From Paraphysomonas bandaiensis (lineage: Eukaryota > Protista > Chrysophyceae): 64,000 bases of DNA. The notes beneath the pieces are model-generated. The model saw only the letters and a program-made list of their open reading frames with translations, searched no databases and was not told the DNA's origin. Below, one piece after another: positions 23,509 through 33,482 of the stretch. The translations under genes were made by a program, and so were the position numbers. The stretch spans positions 25,404-89,403 of the forward strand of contig CBFFRP010000318.1 of NCBI GenBank assembly GCA_965644295.1, in the 5' to 3' direction. Positions within the stretch are counted from its first letter, which is position 1, and the number at the start of each line of letters is the position of its first letter.

Positions 23509-25209
23509 TCATCGCCTTCTAAGAGCGCCACTTGGGGTGTAGTCAGTCTTTCTGGGGCGCCCTCTGCCTCGATAAACAGTTCCAGTGCTACTGCGAGGGC
23601 AGATGGCGGGACTGCACCTCGGCTCTGCTATACTCATTCGGTTGATTCCTCCCATCATACCTGCCATAGGATCTTCCATCATACCTCCCATTGGACTCCC
23701 CATCATACCTCCCATAGGACTCCCCATCATACCTCCCATGCCCCCACCCATCTGCATCGCCAAAAGACGCAAAATATCACTCATTCCATTGTCCATGCGG
23801 CTATAATGCTGTGGACGATTCAACTGCTCACGCAGCTGTGCCGATTCTTTGTTAGCTGCCTCAATTTGACGCTGCATACTTTTAAGGTCATCTTTAATTT
23901 TAGCCACTTCTGCTTCCGATGCCCGAGCAGACGCCTCCGCCGCTTTTTTCTCCGCCTCCAGTACCTCGTTGGCCAAGTGTTTCGTGTGTAGCTCTTTCTG
24001 AGCAAGTTCAAGACTTGACTCCATACCTTCCAGCTTCTCACCCATGGCTTTTTTTTCCTCTAATCTCTCCACCATCTCCGTGACAATGCCATCTACCTGC
24101 TCACTGATTAAAGGGAGCAGCACGCCCATATCCTGGATTACACTCAAATTTTCTAGATCACTGGACCAAGCATGTAGCCGGGCAATCATGAACTGGATAA
24201 AATCGTAATAATGTTGATCCACCGCTACACAGCGCAACACCCGTAGACCCTCAATGACTTCCAGGAAGTGATGCACTTCTGGTTCAATTCTGCGGTGCTC
24301 AAAATTATCTCTGGCCGAGTGTTCAAGAGTGGACAGCAGTGCGCCTAGGGTATTGACAGCCTCCACAGACAGGCCGACATTGAGAGAGGTGGGGGGGATC
24401 TCCTGGAAGTCTTGAAATTTCTGAATGAGGCTCAAACGGTTGATCCGCTGGTGGGTACAGTCGGAGTAGCGGTCAAGTGGGTCGTAGAACTCACAGGTGC
24501 TTGCCAAATGAGCAAACAGCTCCGCCGCATTAGGTGAGTGCGAGAATTGCCCCGAAGCTACTGCTTCACCCATGAACTCTCTTAGCTCATCTAAAGTCCT
24601 ATCAGGAGGCACTCGGGTGACCAGCAAGAGGGAAGAGCGACTGTAGAAATCCGATCTAGCGCAAAATATGGTCTCGAGCAGATTCAAGGTCTCTCGCAGT
24701 CCTCTTGCGTGGTCTGACAACAAAGCATGGTAGTTAATAATAATGACAACACCCTTCACACTGCGGGCCTTCTGAGCCATTCTGGTGAGTGCATACATGT
24801 TTGTGATGTCGAATACCACTCCTCTGTTATCCATAAACCCAGGACAATCACAGTATGTTAGATTGACTGTCGGGTCTGAGCAGGACTCTGGGAAGGAAGT
24901 CTGGCTTTGAAAACCATGTCCAATTTCCATTATTGGATTGTCACAAGTGAAGCCTTTCTCCATAGAGTTCTTTACTTTAACTTCCCTCATTTGTTTACCC
25001 ATGAGATAGTTGACAAAAGTTGATTTCCCTGCACCAGTATTACCCACAATTAGAACCAAATCTTTACCGCTTCCTCGCTGTACAGCAGCTTCATCTGCTC
25101 TTGCAATACCAGACAGCAACTCTTTAACAGTTTCTTTCTCAATCTGTGGATATTCGGGAGAAGAACCTTCAGTGGATTTGACTGACTTTGTTTTCTTAAC
25201 ACTCTTCAT
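23509..25209 (-). CDS. AIG1/GIMAP-like TRAFAC GTPase A with helical/coiled-coil region, Met-Gly repeats and C-terminal AT-hook
   Basis: G1 GNTGAGKST, G2 IGHGFQSQT, G3 DCPGF; coiled coil; MGGMMGSP repeats; RGRGRPRK. Intronless. Confidence 0.85.
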   Translation of the reverse strand: MKSVKKTKSVKSTEGSSPEYPQIEKETVKELLSGIARADEAAVQRGSGKDLVLIVGNTGAGKSTFVNYLMGKQMREVKVKNSMEKGFTCDNPIMEIGHGFQSQTSFPESCSDPTVNLTYCDCPGFMDNRGVVFDITNMYALTRMAQKARSVKGVVIIINYHALLSDHARGLRETLNLLETIFCARSDFYSRSSLLLVTRVPPDRTLDELREFMGEAVASGQFSHSPNAAELFAHLASTCEFYDPLDRYSDCTHQRINRLSLIQKFQDFQEIPPTSLNVGLSVEAVNTLGALLSTLEHSARDNFEHRRIEPEVHHFLEVIEGLRVLRCVAVDQHYYDFIQFMIARLHAWSSDLENLSVIQDMGVLLPLISEQVDGIVTEMVERLEEKKAMGEKLEGMESSLELAQKELHTKHLANEVLEAEKKAAEASARASEAEVAKIKDDLKSMQRQIEAANKESAQLREQLNRPQHYSRMDNGMSDILRLLAMQMGGGMGGMMGSPMGGMMGSPMGGMMEDPMAGMMGGINRMSIAEPRCSPAICPRSSTGTVYRGRGRPRKTDYTPSGALRRR

Positions 25210-25562
25210 TGATATTTATGCTCTAAACTTCTTAAATATACTTGTAATAATGACTGATGTGATGATGCTTATATATGCCTATATACGGTCCCTGTTCTTG
25301 TCAACTTCTCGTAAAGATTCTGGACTTTCTTGTCCAGTTTGATCCCATTTTGGACAAAAAAATCCAGAAAAAATTCCAAAGAATAGTCCAATTTTGCCCT
25401 TTCTGGTCGAATAATCTCCACAGTACAGTACAGCATGTGTCCATAATATCCAGCCATAGCATAGTACTGTATCACTCTACCCCCTTCTTCATTAATTGAA
25501 TCCCATAATAATTAACATCATTGTCCTACATTCTCACTGTCATCACAACAACAATCAACAAC

Positions 25563-27074
25563 ATGTCCTTATCTGATAAGAATCCTGATGATTTCATTAA
25601 TGAACTATCGTCCCGCTTAAAGGATGTGGATACATACACAAAACAACAAGAAGATAACAAAGAAGTTGTTCTTATTATTGGAAATACTGGTGCAGGAAAG
25701 TCAACGTTTGCTAATTATATCATTGGCAAATCCATGCGTGAAGAGAAGGTCAAGGGATCCCTCGAGAAAGGAGTTGTGTGTGATGATCCTGTTATGGAAA
25801 TTGGGCATGGGTTTATCAGTAAAACAACATTCCCACACACACACTATGATCATCATAGTAGTTTAACATTCTGTGATTGTCCTGGTTTCTTAGATACACG
25901 TGATGCTCTATTCGATATTTCTAATGTATATGCCATGACAAAAGTTTCGAGATGTGCGAAATCAATCCGTGCTATAGTTGTGGTTCTTTCATATCACTCA
26001 CTGCTCACAGATCGTGCACGTGCAATTGCGGATACTTGCCGCATGCTGGAGACACTGTTTGGTAGAAGTAACTATTCAAGGCAGTTGCACTCTGTTGTGG
26101 TGCTGATCTCCAAAGCCCCTCCTTCTATGGATATCAGAGACATTCGGTCGTTTCTTCTGGAAGGTTCCGAGGCCTCATCGGCAGAAATACGCCATGTATT
26201 TTCTCGAGCTCAGCTTTGCGACCCCCTGGAGCGTGAACCCGGATCACCTCGCCGAGTCGAATTGCTAGACACCCTTCGCTCGTGTTCTCCATTGGAACCA
26301 CATGAATTCACTTTCTGTCTCGCTCCAGAGTCACTGGAACAACTGGAGTCTGCTGTGAGAGCCTGCAGGTGTTCCTTGGTTGGTGATAAACCCTTGAACA
26401 TTGACGCTCTTTTGAATGAGACTTTTCGGTCTTCTCTCTGTCGCCTACGAAATCTGCTGAATACCTTGGAGCTATTGGGAAGCCCGCAGGTTCTGGAAAT
26501 GCGTCAAGCAGTGGAGGAATCGATCGACCGCAGTATACGCCAATTGATACGGTCTAATAGTTGGAACCCCGACGACCAATTGCTTGCAAATATTGAGAAA
26601 CTAAAACAGCGGTATTCTTTCCTCGAAGAAGCAGTGAAGTTTATCGAGGATTACGCTCTCAACCAGCTGAGGCAGCAGGCCGCCGATCGCGCTCGTGAAG
26701 AGGCTTTGGCCAAGGAGCGTGAACGAATCGAGCGAGAGGCCGCTGAAGCAGAGAAACGGCACCAAGCAGCGTTGCGGGAACGTGAGGAGCAAGAGCGCCG
26801 AGAAGCTCAGATTCGAAGGCAGCGCGAGGAGGCTGAGCGAGAGCGGCAATTACGACAGCAGCAGCTGGAGGCAGCTCAACGGGAGCGACGGGAAGCAGAG
26901 GAACGAGCTCGGCGGCGATACCACCCTGGACATATCGTTCACATGCCTGTCATGACAGTGTTTGGCCCGATGTTCGCTTCTGTATATACGTGCTGCATGC
27001 GCGATAGTGACAGCCCTGGTTGTGCGTCTGGAGGTGGTCATCAGTCGATAAGAGTTAGTTATAGAACACTATGA
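25563..27074 (+). CDS. AIG1/GIMAP-like TRAFAC GTPase B with E/R-rich coiled coil and C-terminal Btk-type Zn-finger-like motif
   Basis: G1 GNTGAGKST, G2 IGHGFISKT, G3 DCPGF; charged helix; YHPG..x..YTCC..SPGC. First ATG at 25563 (the track start at 25521 is TTG). Intronless. Confidence 0.85.
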   Translation: MSLSDKNPDDFINELSSRLKDVDTYTKQQEDNKEVVLIIGNTGAGKSTFANYIIGKSMREEKVKGSLEKGVVCDDPVMEIGHGFISKTTFPHTHYDHHSSLTFCDCPGFLDTRDALFDISNVYAMTKVSRCAKSIRAIVVVLSYHSLLTDRARAIADTCRMLETLFGRSNYSRQLHSVVVLISKAPPSMDIRDIRSFLLEGSEASSAEIRHVFSRAQLCDPLEREPGSPRRVELLDTLRSCSPLEPHEFTFCLAPESLEQLESAVRACRCSLVGDKPLNIDALLNETFRSSLCRLRNLLNTLELLGSPQVLEMRQAVEESIDRSIRQLIRSNSWNPDDQLLANIEKLKQRYSFLEEAVKFIEDYALNQLRQQAADRAREEALAKERERIEREAAEAEKRHQAALREREEQERREAQIRRQREEAERERQLRQQQLEAAQRERREAEERARRRYHPGHIVHMPVMTVFGPMFASVYTCCMRDSDSPGCASGGGHQSIRVSYRTL

Positions 27075-27520
27075 AATAATGCCATAATATATGCTAAATA
27101 AGGGCTAGGGAACAGTATACCTGTAGTTTATAGTGAGTAAAACAAAGTTTTATCAGCTGAAACCTCGAAATTATGTCGAGATAACTAATGAAAACATGGT
27201 TATTTCGCTGATTTAAACTCACTTTATTATTACAGCATAAAAGTAACAGATATGATCATAACTCATTTAATGACAGGTTTGAAATAACGTTAATAATATT
27301 TAAATCCGACTAAACTGGAAGGCAATTTGTGTAAAATCCATACACTCCACAACACTTATTTCAAGAACAATTAATACCATGCTTTTCAACCGACAACGAC
27401 AATAAGAAACGAAAAGCTTAGACGACTTTGTCGGAAACAATTATGTTCGAGGAGCAGTAACTTTAGTACTCAGGGTCGGCCCAGGGAGAAGTCTCATAGA
27501 AATTATAGGAAACGAGCCCC

Positions 27521-27860
27521 TCATGCTGACCCCTTGACCACTAAAACGTCACCATTAGGGATGTATAGAGTACCCTGACCGTGTTTCATCCCTTCTCTCC
27601 ACTCTCCATCATATGTCATGCTTGTGCCACTAAATAAAACTTCCCTTTGCCTGTTCGCAGACATGAAGCTCTCATGGAATAGCAGAGCAAGGAACTCACC
27701 ATCAGGAAATCTTTCATGTAGTGATAGTGAGGAGAATAGCTGATGGAATAACGGATTCCATGATCTTTGAGCTTCTGGTCTTTTCGCAGTTGCAAATAAA
27801 TGTATACTGATTACAAATCCTCCATACTGTCTCATAGCATCCATATATATATCCATACTC
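27521..27860 (-). pseudogene. Short MORN-repeat fragment (truncated gene or pseudogene)
   Basis: TYDGEWREGMKHGQGTLYIPNGDV is a canonical single MORN repeat, followed soon after by a stop. Confidence 0.5.
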
Positions 27861-28338
27861 ACATATCCTCCTGTAGCTAGACTGCTATTGCTTATGATCA
27901 TAGCTAACCCTACACAGTATATACGTACAGTATACGGTATACCTCTACCCACATAGACGTAGCTAGGCTTTGTTATTGCTTTCTATTGGTATACGTCATA
28001 TACAGCAGAGTACTACGTACCGCCGTCCTCATGTACTTGTCAAAAGTTCACTGCGATAGGATACCTATGCATACAGTATACAGGACTACTCGTACAGCAG
28101 TATACATATGTTCAATGATACATACAGCAGTACACTCCACACCTACACGGCATACATAAAGTACCTACACCCCACAGCTACACGCACATATTCTTCTACT
28201 TAGGCCCATATGATCATACACACACCTCACATACTCACATAGTTATCCCACTCACATACATACACATCTATCTCCCATTAATCTATCTAACCTCATGTTA
28301 ATCCCCTCCCCCTCTCCCCTCCTATAACCCCTCTCATA

Positions 28339-29523
28339 ATGTCCATCATATCCTCTAATCTCGCCTTTAAAATCGGTCTCTTTGGGGTCCTCATCTTCAC
28401 CATCGTCTTATCTCTCGGCATCTTCTCACGTATACATGCTATTAACAAATACACAAAGCGTGTCTTTCTTCTCTTATGTATCTCAGCAATATTCGAGCTC
28501 CCTCGTTACTATCACATGGTTATACATAGAGTGTATTCAGGTCAAGTGGTTTATTCCATGCATTTAGTTGCAAATTTATTTTATTTTGCATCATTTTCAT
28601 GTCTTTGCTTTTGTTGGGGTGATGCATTACGTGCAATGGATTTAGAGGAACTTTTTGCTGCAAAACAACGACGAAATATGCGTATTGTTATAGTGGCGGC
28701 TAATATCATATTCATGGCACATACCTTATATGTCATATATGTATGTCTCACTGTTGATAATCTTGAGGCATTCTTTGACGAGAGGATATTTCGTGTATAC
28801 ACGATATCCGATACATTTAAAAACTTCATTATGGGGTTATTTATTGCCAAATTTGGTGGTCAACTGTATGCCCGTGTGGAGAACTATTCGGCTTTCTACT
28901 CTCGTAATTCCACAGATGTCGTGGAAAGCACCAAACACCTTCTGACAGCAGCTGGAAAGCTGAAATATTTGGTTATTATTATTAATTTGTGCTTTACACT
29001 ACGTGTTCTGGCAGTGACTTTGTGGATGGCAAGTAACCGGACCACTGAAAATCAAGAACCTACCTCTTTCCCGTCCTGTAGTTTCATATATTGGATTGTA
29101 TTTGAGATTGTTCCGGTTGTGGTACCTGCCCTGGCACTTTGTTTTACCATGGGATGGTTAGCAAGGCTATGGGGGGGAGTGTTCATTGACAGAAACAAGC
29201 CTAAAGCTGAACCGGTGCAGAGATGTTCTAGGTACAGCTCCGACTCCAATATCATTAGTGACGATAGTAGCCTAGAAGCCAACTTGCGCACAATGGCGCA
29301 GCCGTTCTTGACGGCTCCTATTGATGAGGAGGATGGGGAGAAAGGGGTTTTTAATCGATTAAGTAGCGTGAGTGGTGAGTTTGTAGATGTGGATATTGAT
29401 CGCAACAGCAATGGAGCACCTCTTTCAGCTCGCGGTGCAACAAGCGATCAATCTAAGGAGTCTAATGAAAAGTGCAACAACGGAGGGAAGCTGTCGATTA
29501 ATAGTATATTTTCATTCCTTTAA
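28339..29523 (+). CDS. Seven-transmembrane protein (TOM1/THH1/GPR137-like)
   Basis: About 7 hydrophobic segments; motifs LFYFASFSCLCFCWGDAL, CFTLRVL, IVFEIVP; Ser-rich cytosolic tail. Confidence 0.7.
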   Translation: MSIISSNLAFKIGLFGVLIFTIVLSLGIFSRIHAINKYTKRVFLLLCISAIFELPRYYHMVIHRVYSGQVVYSMHLVANLFYFASFSCLCFCWGDALRAMDLEELFAAKQRRNMRIVIVAANIIFMAHTLYVIYVCLTVDNLEAFFDERIFRVYTISDTFKNFIMGLFIAKFGGQLYARVENYSAFYSRNSTDVVESTKHLLTAAGKLKYLVIIINLCFTLRVLAVTLWMASNRTTENQEPTSFPSCSFIYWIVFEIVPVVVPALALCFTMGWLARLWGGVFIDRNKPKAEPVQRCSRYSSDSNIISDDSSLEANLRTMAQPFLTAPIDEEDGEKGVFNRLSSVSGEFVDVDIDRNSNGAPLSARGATSDQSKESNEKCNNGGKLSINSIFSFL

Positions 29524-29974
29524 CATGATCACAATTCGTGGTAGAATTGCCTTGTATTTGTCAAAGATATCTATAGTTCTGGATGAAGTTACTTCTGTGA
29601 TGACTATTTTGTGTAAAGTATTGTTTTATTGGTCGCTTGTACTGTGCACAGAGTTGTCGGTTATGTACATAATATTTTGAAATAGTAACATCTTAATTAG
29701 TGTCATAATAGAATTTCCATGTATTCGTTGTATTTCTAGTGACGTCGTTTCATCAATATAATACATACCATGGTACATGGTTAGCATGTCAGCATCATAT
29801 GAGCTTAATGTTAGGCAATGTGAGTCTCCACAGGCACGATGAAGATGATTGTTTTGAGCACTATTACACTTCCCAGGCAACGACCTATTTGTCTTTGCGC
29901 GAACTTAGTTATAATATTGGCCTTATTCAATTGTCGTCACACGTCGTATTTCTGAGTTTTGAGAGGTGAGATGA

Positions 29975-30670
29975 CATATTATTAAACCTCGTCAATTAAG
30001 TGGAAACCCCTGTAGTCAAATGGTTGAAAAATCTAGTCATTCAATGGTTCACATTATCATTTACCAATTGATGGTATAAATAGAAATTTCACAATTGTAG
30101 GATAGGCAAGGATGTCTTCAGGGCAGCATAGACAACCGACACTACCATCGAATAATACCATTCAGGTACAGAAGTTGACGCAATATCTTTCAAGATATAC
30201 TTTGGTTTCGAAACAACCGTTTTCGGATATTGTTTTTGTGTGTAAGGAGAGGTTGCTGCGCGATGTTTTGACTTTATAGATTGATACTAACATGAGAACA
30301 TGAGTGACACTGGAAACTCCCCAGACACCAAGATTTTTTCATGACGTTTACAAAAAAGGAACTTCAGGATATATATATACATTATGATTGCGTTAAGAAA
30401 ACGAAGCGTCTAGATACCTAATTGAGCGGTGAAGTCCTGCCTATTATGGTTCTATATATCTCTAACTGCTTCTAGACCTGACCTATTCAACCTCAATGTT
30501 CTGTAATATTATATACGTAGCTACATTCATGCCAGTACAATTTTGTGACTGGGTTTTGTAATTAAAAATGGCTATAGGTTCTTCTTTGACTAAGGTTTTA
30601 CACCAAAGTTATAGTGTGACAATAGGTAACTCCACGAAATAAATTGACTAGAGGCTAAATTATATTTCCC
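29975..30670. mobile_element. Degenerate MITE-like element with TGACTAG subterminal motifs; a related end lies at ~36600-36745
   Basis: The reverse complement of the left end (ATGACTAGATTTTTCAACCATTTGACTA..TTAATAATATAT) resembles 36697-36742. 30530-30665 resembles 36600-36740. No clear TSD. Confidence 0.45.
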
Positions 30671-31290
30671 TTTCTAGGGGTCTCTAATTCTAAAAGTACA
30701 CCAACAAACACTACATACGATATATATTATACTGGCCTCATGTATATATATGGAGTATTTTATTATTGGCAGTAGATATGTAAGCATGGAGAAACTAGAC
30801 AGAAATAATCTGTTAAATACTAAAATCTATATTTCTGCTATTTTTAGCACTACGAGAACTACTTGTGCGCCACAAGTACCAAGGTGAGACTATATCGTCG
30901 CTGGCAATCATGCAGTGCGCAGGCAAAATGGTGATACATGTATATGTGGCAACGTTAGTTTTTCTTCGGTGCTTACCTACCAAAACACCACCAAAAAGTG
31001 CCTGTCCATCTTAGTTGAGGGATCTACTATATATATATCTACTGACCTCTATCTAAAGAGTAACAAGGAGAGAGAGAGGAAGACAACATTTTTCCCAAAC
31101 CCCAACAATTATATATAGTATCTTCTTGGCATTTTAATTAGGATATATATGGAGAAGATTATTTGAAGTTGTTTGAAACGTAAGGGTGTGGACTGTCTGT
31201 TTGTTTTTTTTGCAAACATCCTCCGCGCTGTAGACTTATGTTCCGTACAGACTTGATACTAGCCATGAATTCCAACAACCTACTAGTACA

Positions 31291-31347
31291 CAGGCTTGCG
31301 TAACAATTAATTGGTTTTCATTTCTTGCCAATTAATTGGATGGCTTA
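31291..31347 (+). repeat. Truncated copy of the hAT-type MITE at 45850
   Basis: CAGGCTTGCGTAACAATTAA.TGGTTTTC matches 45850 onward. Confidence 0.7.
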
Positions 31348-31943
31348 AGATGTATAGTGATTAGTGACTAGTAACCAAACGTCAACAATGTTGACCTCAA
31401 ATATATATCATGTGACTACACTACAGCTAATAAAAGTAGAAAACGATGCATACCATACCTTAACACACACTTTTCACGTTGGCGCCACATTTCAACTTCT
31501 TTGTGTGAACGAAAGAACTTATTAATACAATACTATTATACATTCTATCTAACTAAACCCAAGGTAATACTGTAACACCAAAATGGAGGATATACGAGTG
31601 TACCCCGAAAAGATAACATTCACAAAATTATTGTATGTATAGCAATATACCTTACTCAACAATAGATATACCATGTATAATTGTATATGTAGACACTGTG
31701 CACCATATATCGCAAAAAAACAGTACAAGCCGAACAATACGAGTTGCAAAAAATACACCAATGTATGCACACATTGGTTCAATGAAAGACAATAGGGATT
31801 CGAAAACCCGATAAGATTGTATGATCGAACACAATAAGAACGCTAGCAGTACTAGTCGTCCTATAATAAAACAAGGATATAGTATATAGTATGTCATATT
31901 TAGCATGACTCAAAGAAGGGTACATCCTTCACAAAACAATAGT

Positions 31944-33482
31944 TTACATGTGGTGTAGGTGATAGGGTGAACTACTCGGTGCGTGGGATGCGTAGTCTAT
32001 ATTTTGTACCACACTCGAAGCATTATTAGCAGTAGTTTGGCGTTGAGACACTGCGTGATGCAAGTGATCACGGTGTGCGATATCCAGATGGGATATAGGG
32101 AAGAGAGGGATATTATTTGCAATTCCAATAGCATCTGTTGCCCAATTCGGCGTCTCAAAAGGGTATGGTGAATAATATGAAACGGGGACATGGGGTGGTT
32201 GACGAGAACGATAAGCAAAAGAATGCGGGTACAGGTACTCTGGATGAATTGGATACTCAGGCGGTGGGGTCCCGGAATTCCATGCAGCAGGACTTGACTC
32301 ACTCCCTGCGTGCAAAAGTTAAAACCAGAGGGTAGACACATTTGTTAAATATTAGATCCGCATTATTACCTCCATTGGAGTCTGCTTTATCATTGCCACT
32401 ATCGGCCCCTTGTGTCTCTGAATCTTCGGTATCTCCACCTTCACTCCGGAGGCGCCTGGCCGCCTGACGGCGACGTGCCTTCTCTTCTTGTAGACATCCT
32501 CGTCTTGGGGATACCCTGAAGTAACCGCAGTACGCACCGACACCGGTGCTATGTTGGAACGGACGCCCTTCAGAAGGAGGGCGATACTTCCCAAGTATAC
32601 CACACCTACTACATGCAGCAACCCATCCTACGATTATACAACACACAGTTAGCTCTATAAGATTATACTAGACTGAGAATATTATACCAATACTGCAAAA
32701 TGCAATACAATCTACACGTGCACCACAAATACTATTACAGTAAAGCACATGTGGCACAGTCGGACAGTGTTAGGGCAGACACAGTTACCTGTTTGCTGAG
32801 AGTGTGGTGATACTTTCGCATCATCTTTCTGCTTCTCATTTTTCTGTTCGCTCCTCTGTACTCGCCGTTTCTTTTTACCGCTCTTATCATCTGCAACACT
32901 AGCACCGTCCACGCATCGCTTGATACCCGATCGGCACTTGGGTCTCTCCCCATCACAAATGTTAGAGGTAGAGTTCTCACGGCATGTGTTTTCCGCCGAA
33001 GGCAGGGGGGCTTCGGTATCAGTAGCCTCTGAAACTTTAGACCGGACAACTTCTTTTGAGTCTAAAGGAATATCACCCCGCCCATCCCCACGAATATATC
33101 GTCTATAAGAATCCTCTTTCTGTCGACCTGTAGATTTACCTGGCTCATCCATATTTACATGTTGTTCCCGATAACGGGACGACGGGTGATGTATCCCTAA
33201 TTGTCGGTATGACGCCAGGAATTCATCTACAGACAACCCTGCAGAGCGAGCTGCCTCTTCGAGAGGTAGATGAGCCAATCTACGAATATGAGAGGCATCA
33301 GGTGGCAATGCAGAGGTTTGCGGGCAATCCACAGGTCTCTCTCGAGGTCCTGAATGAGTACATGAGACGCGAGAAGTGTGATGCCTCCTCATCCCCATCG
33401 ATTCAATTGGTGGAGTTTTCTGGAGTAAGAGAAGTGATGTAAGAGCGTCATCAACACCACTCTGCTGGTCACTATCATCCAT
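31944..33482 (-). CDS. Putative transcription factor with a degenerate RWP-RK domain and a small Cys/His motif; probably 3 exons
   Basis: HLPLEEAARSAGLSVDEFLASYRQLGIHHPSSRY resembles RWP-RK. A frame-consistent intron at 32788-32628 joins to GWVAACSRCGILGKYR..FQH..YCGYFR. NLS-like KKKRR; Pro/His-rich tail. The second junction is uncertain. Confidence 0.6.

Noticed and set aside
5527-27074. Endogenous giant-virus insertion
   Set aside because: No NCLDV hallmark genes, and intron-rich host genes are interspersed.
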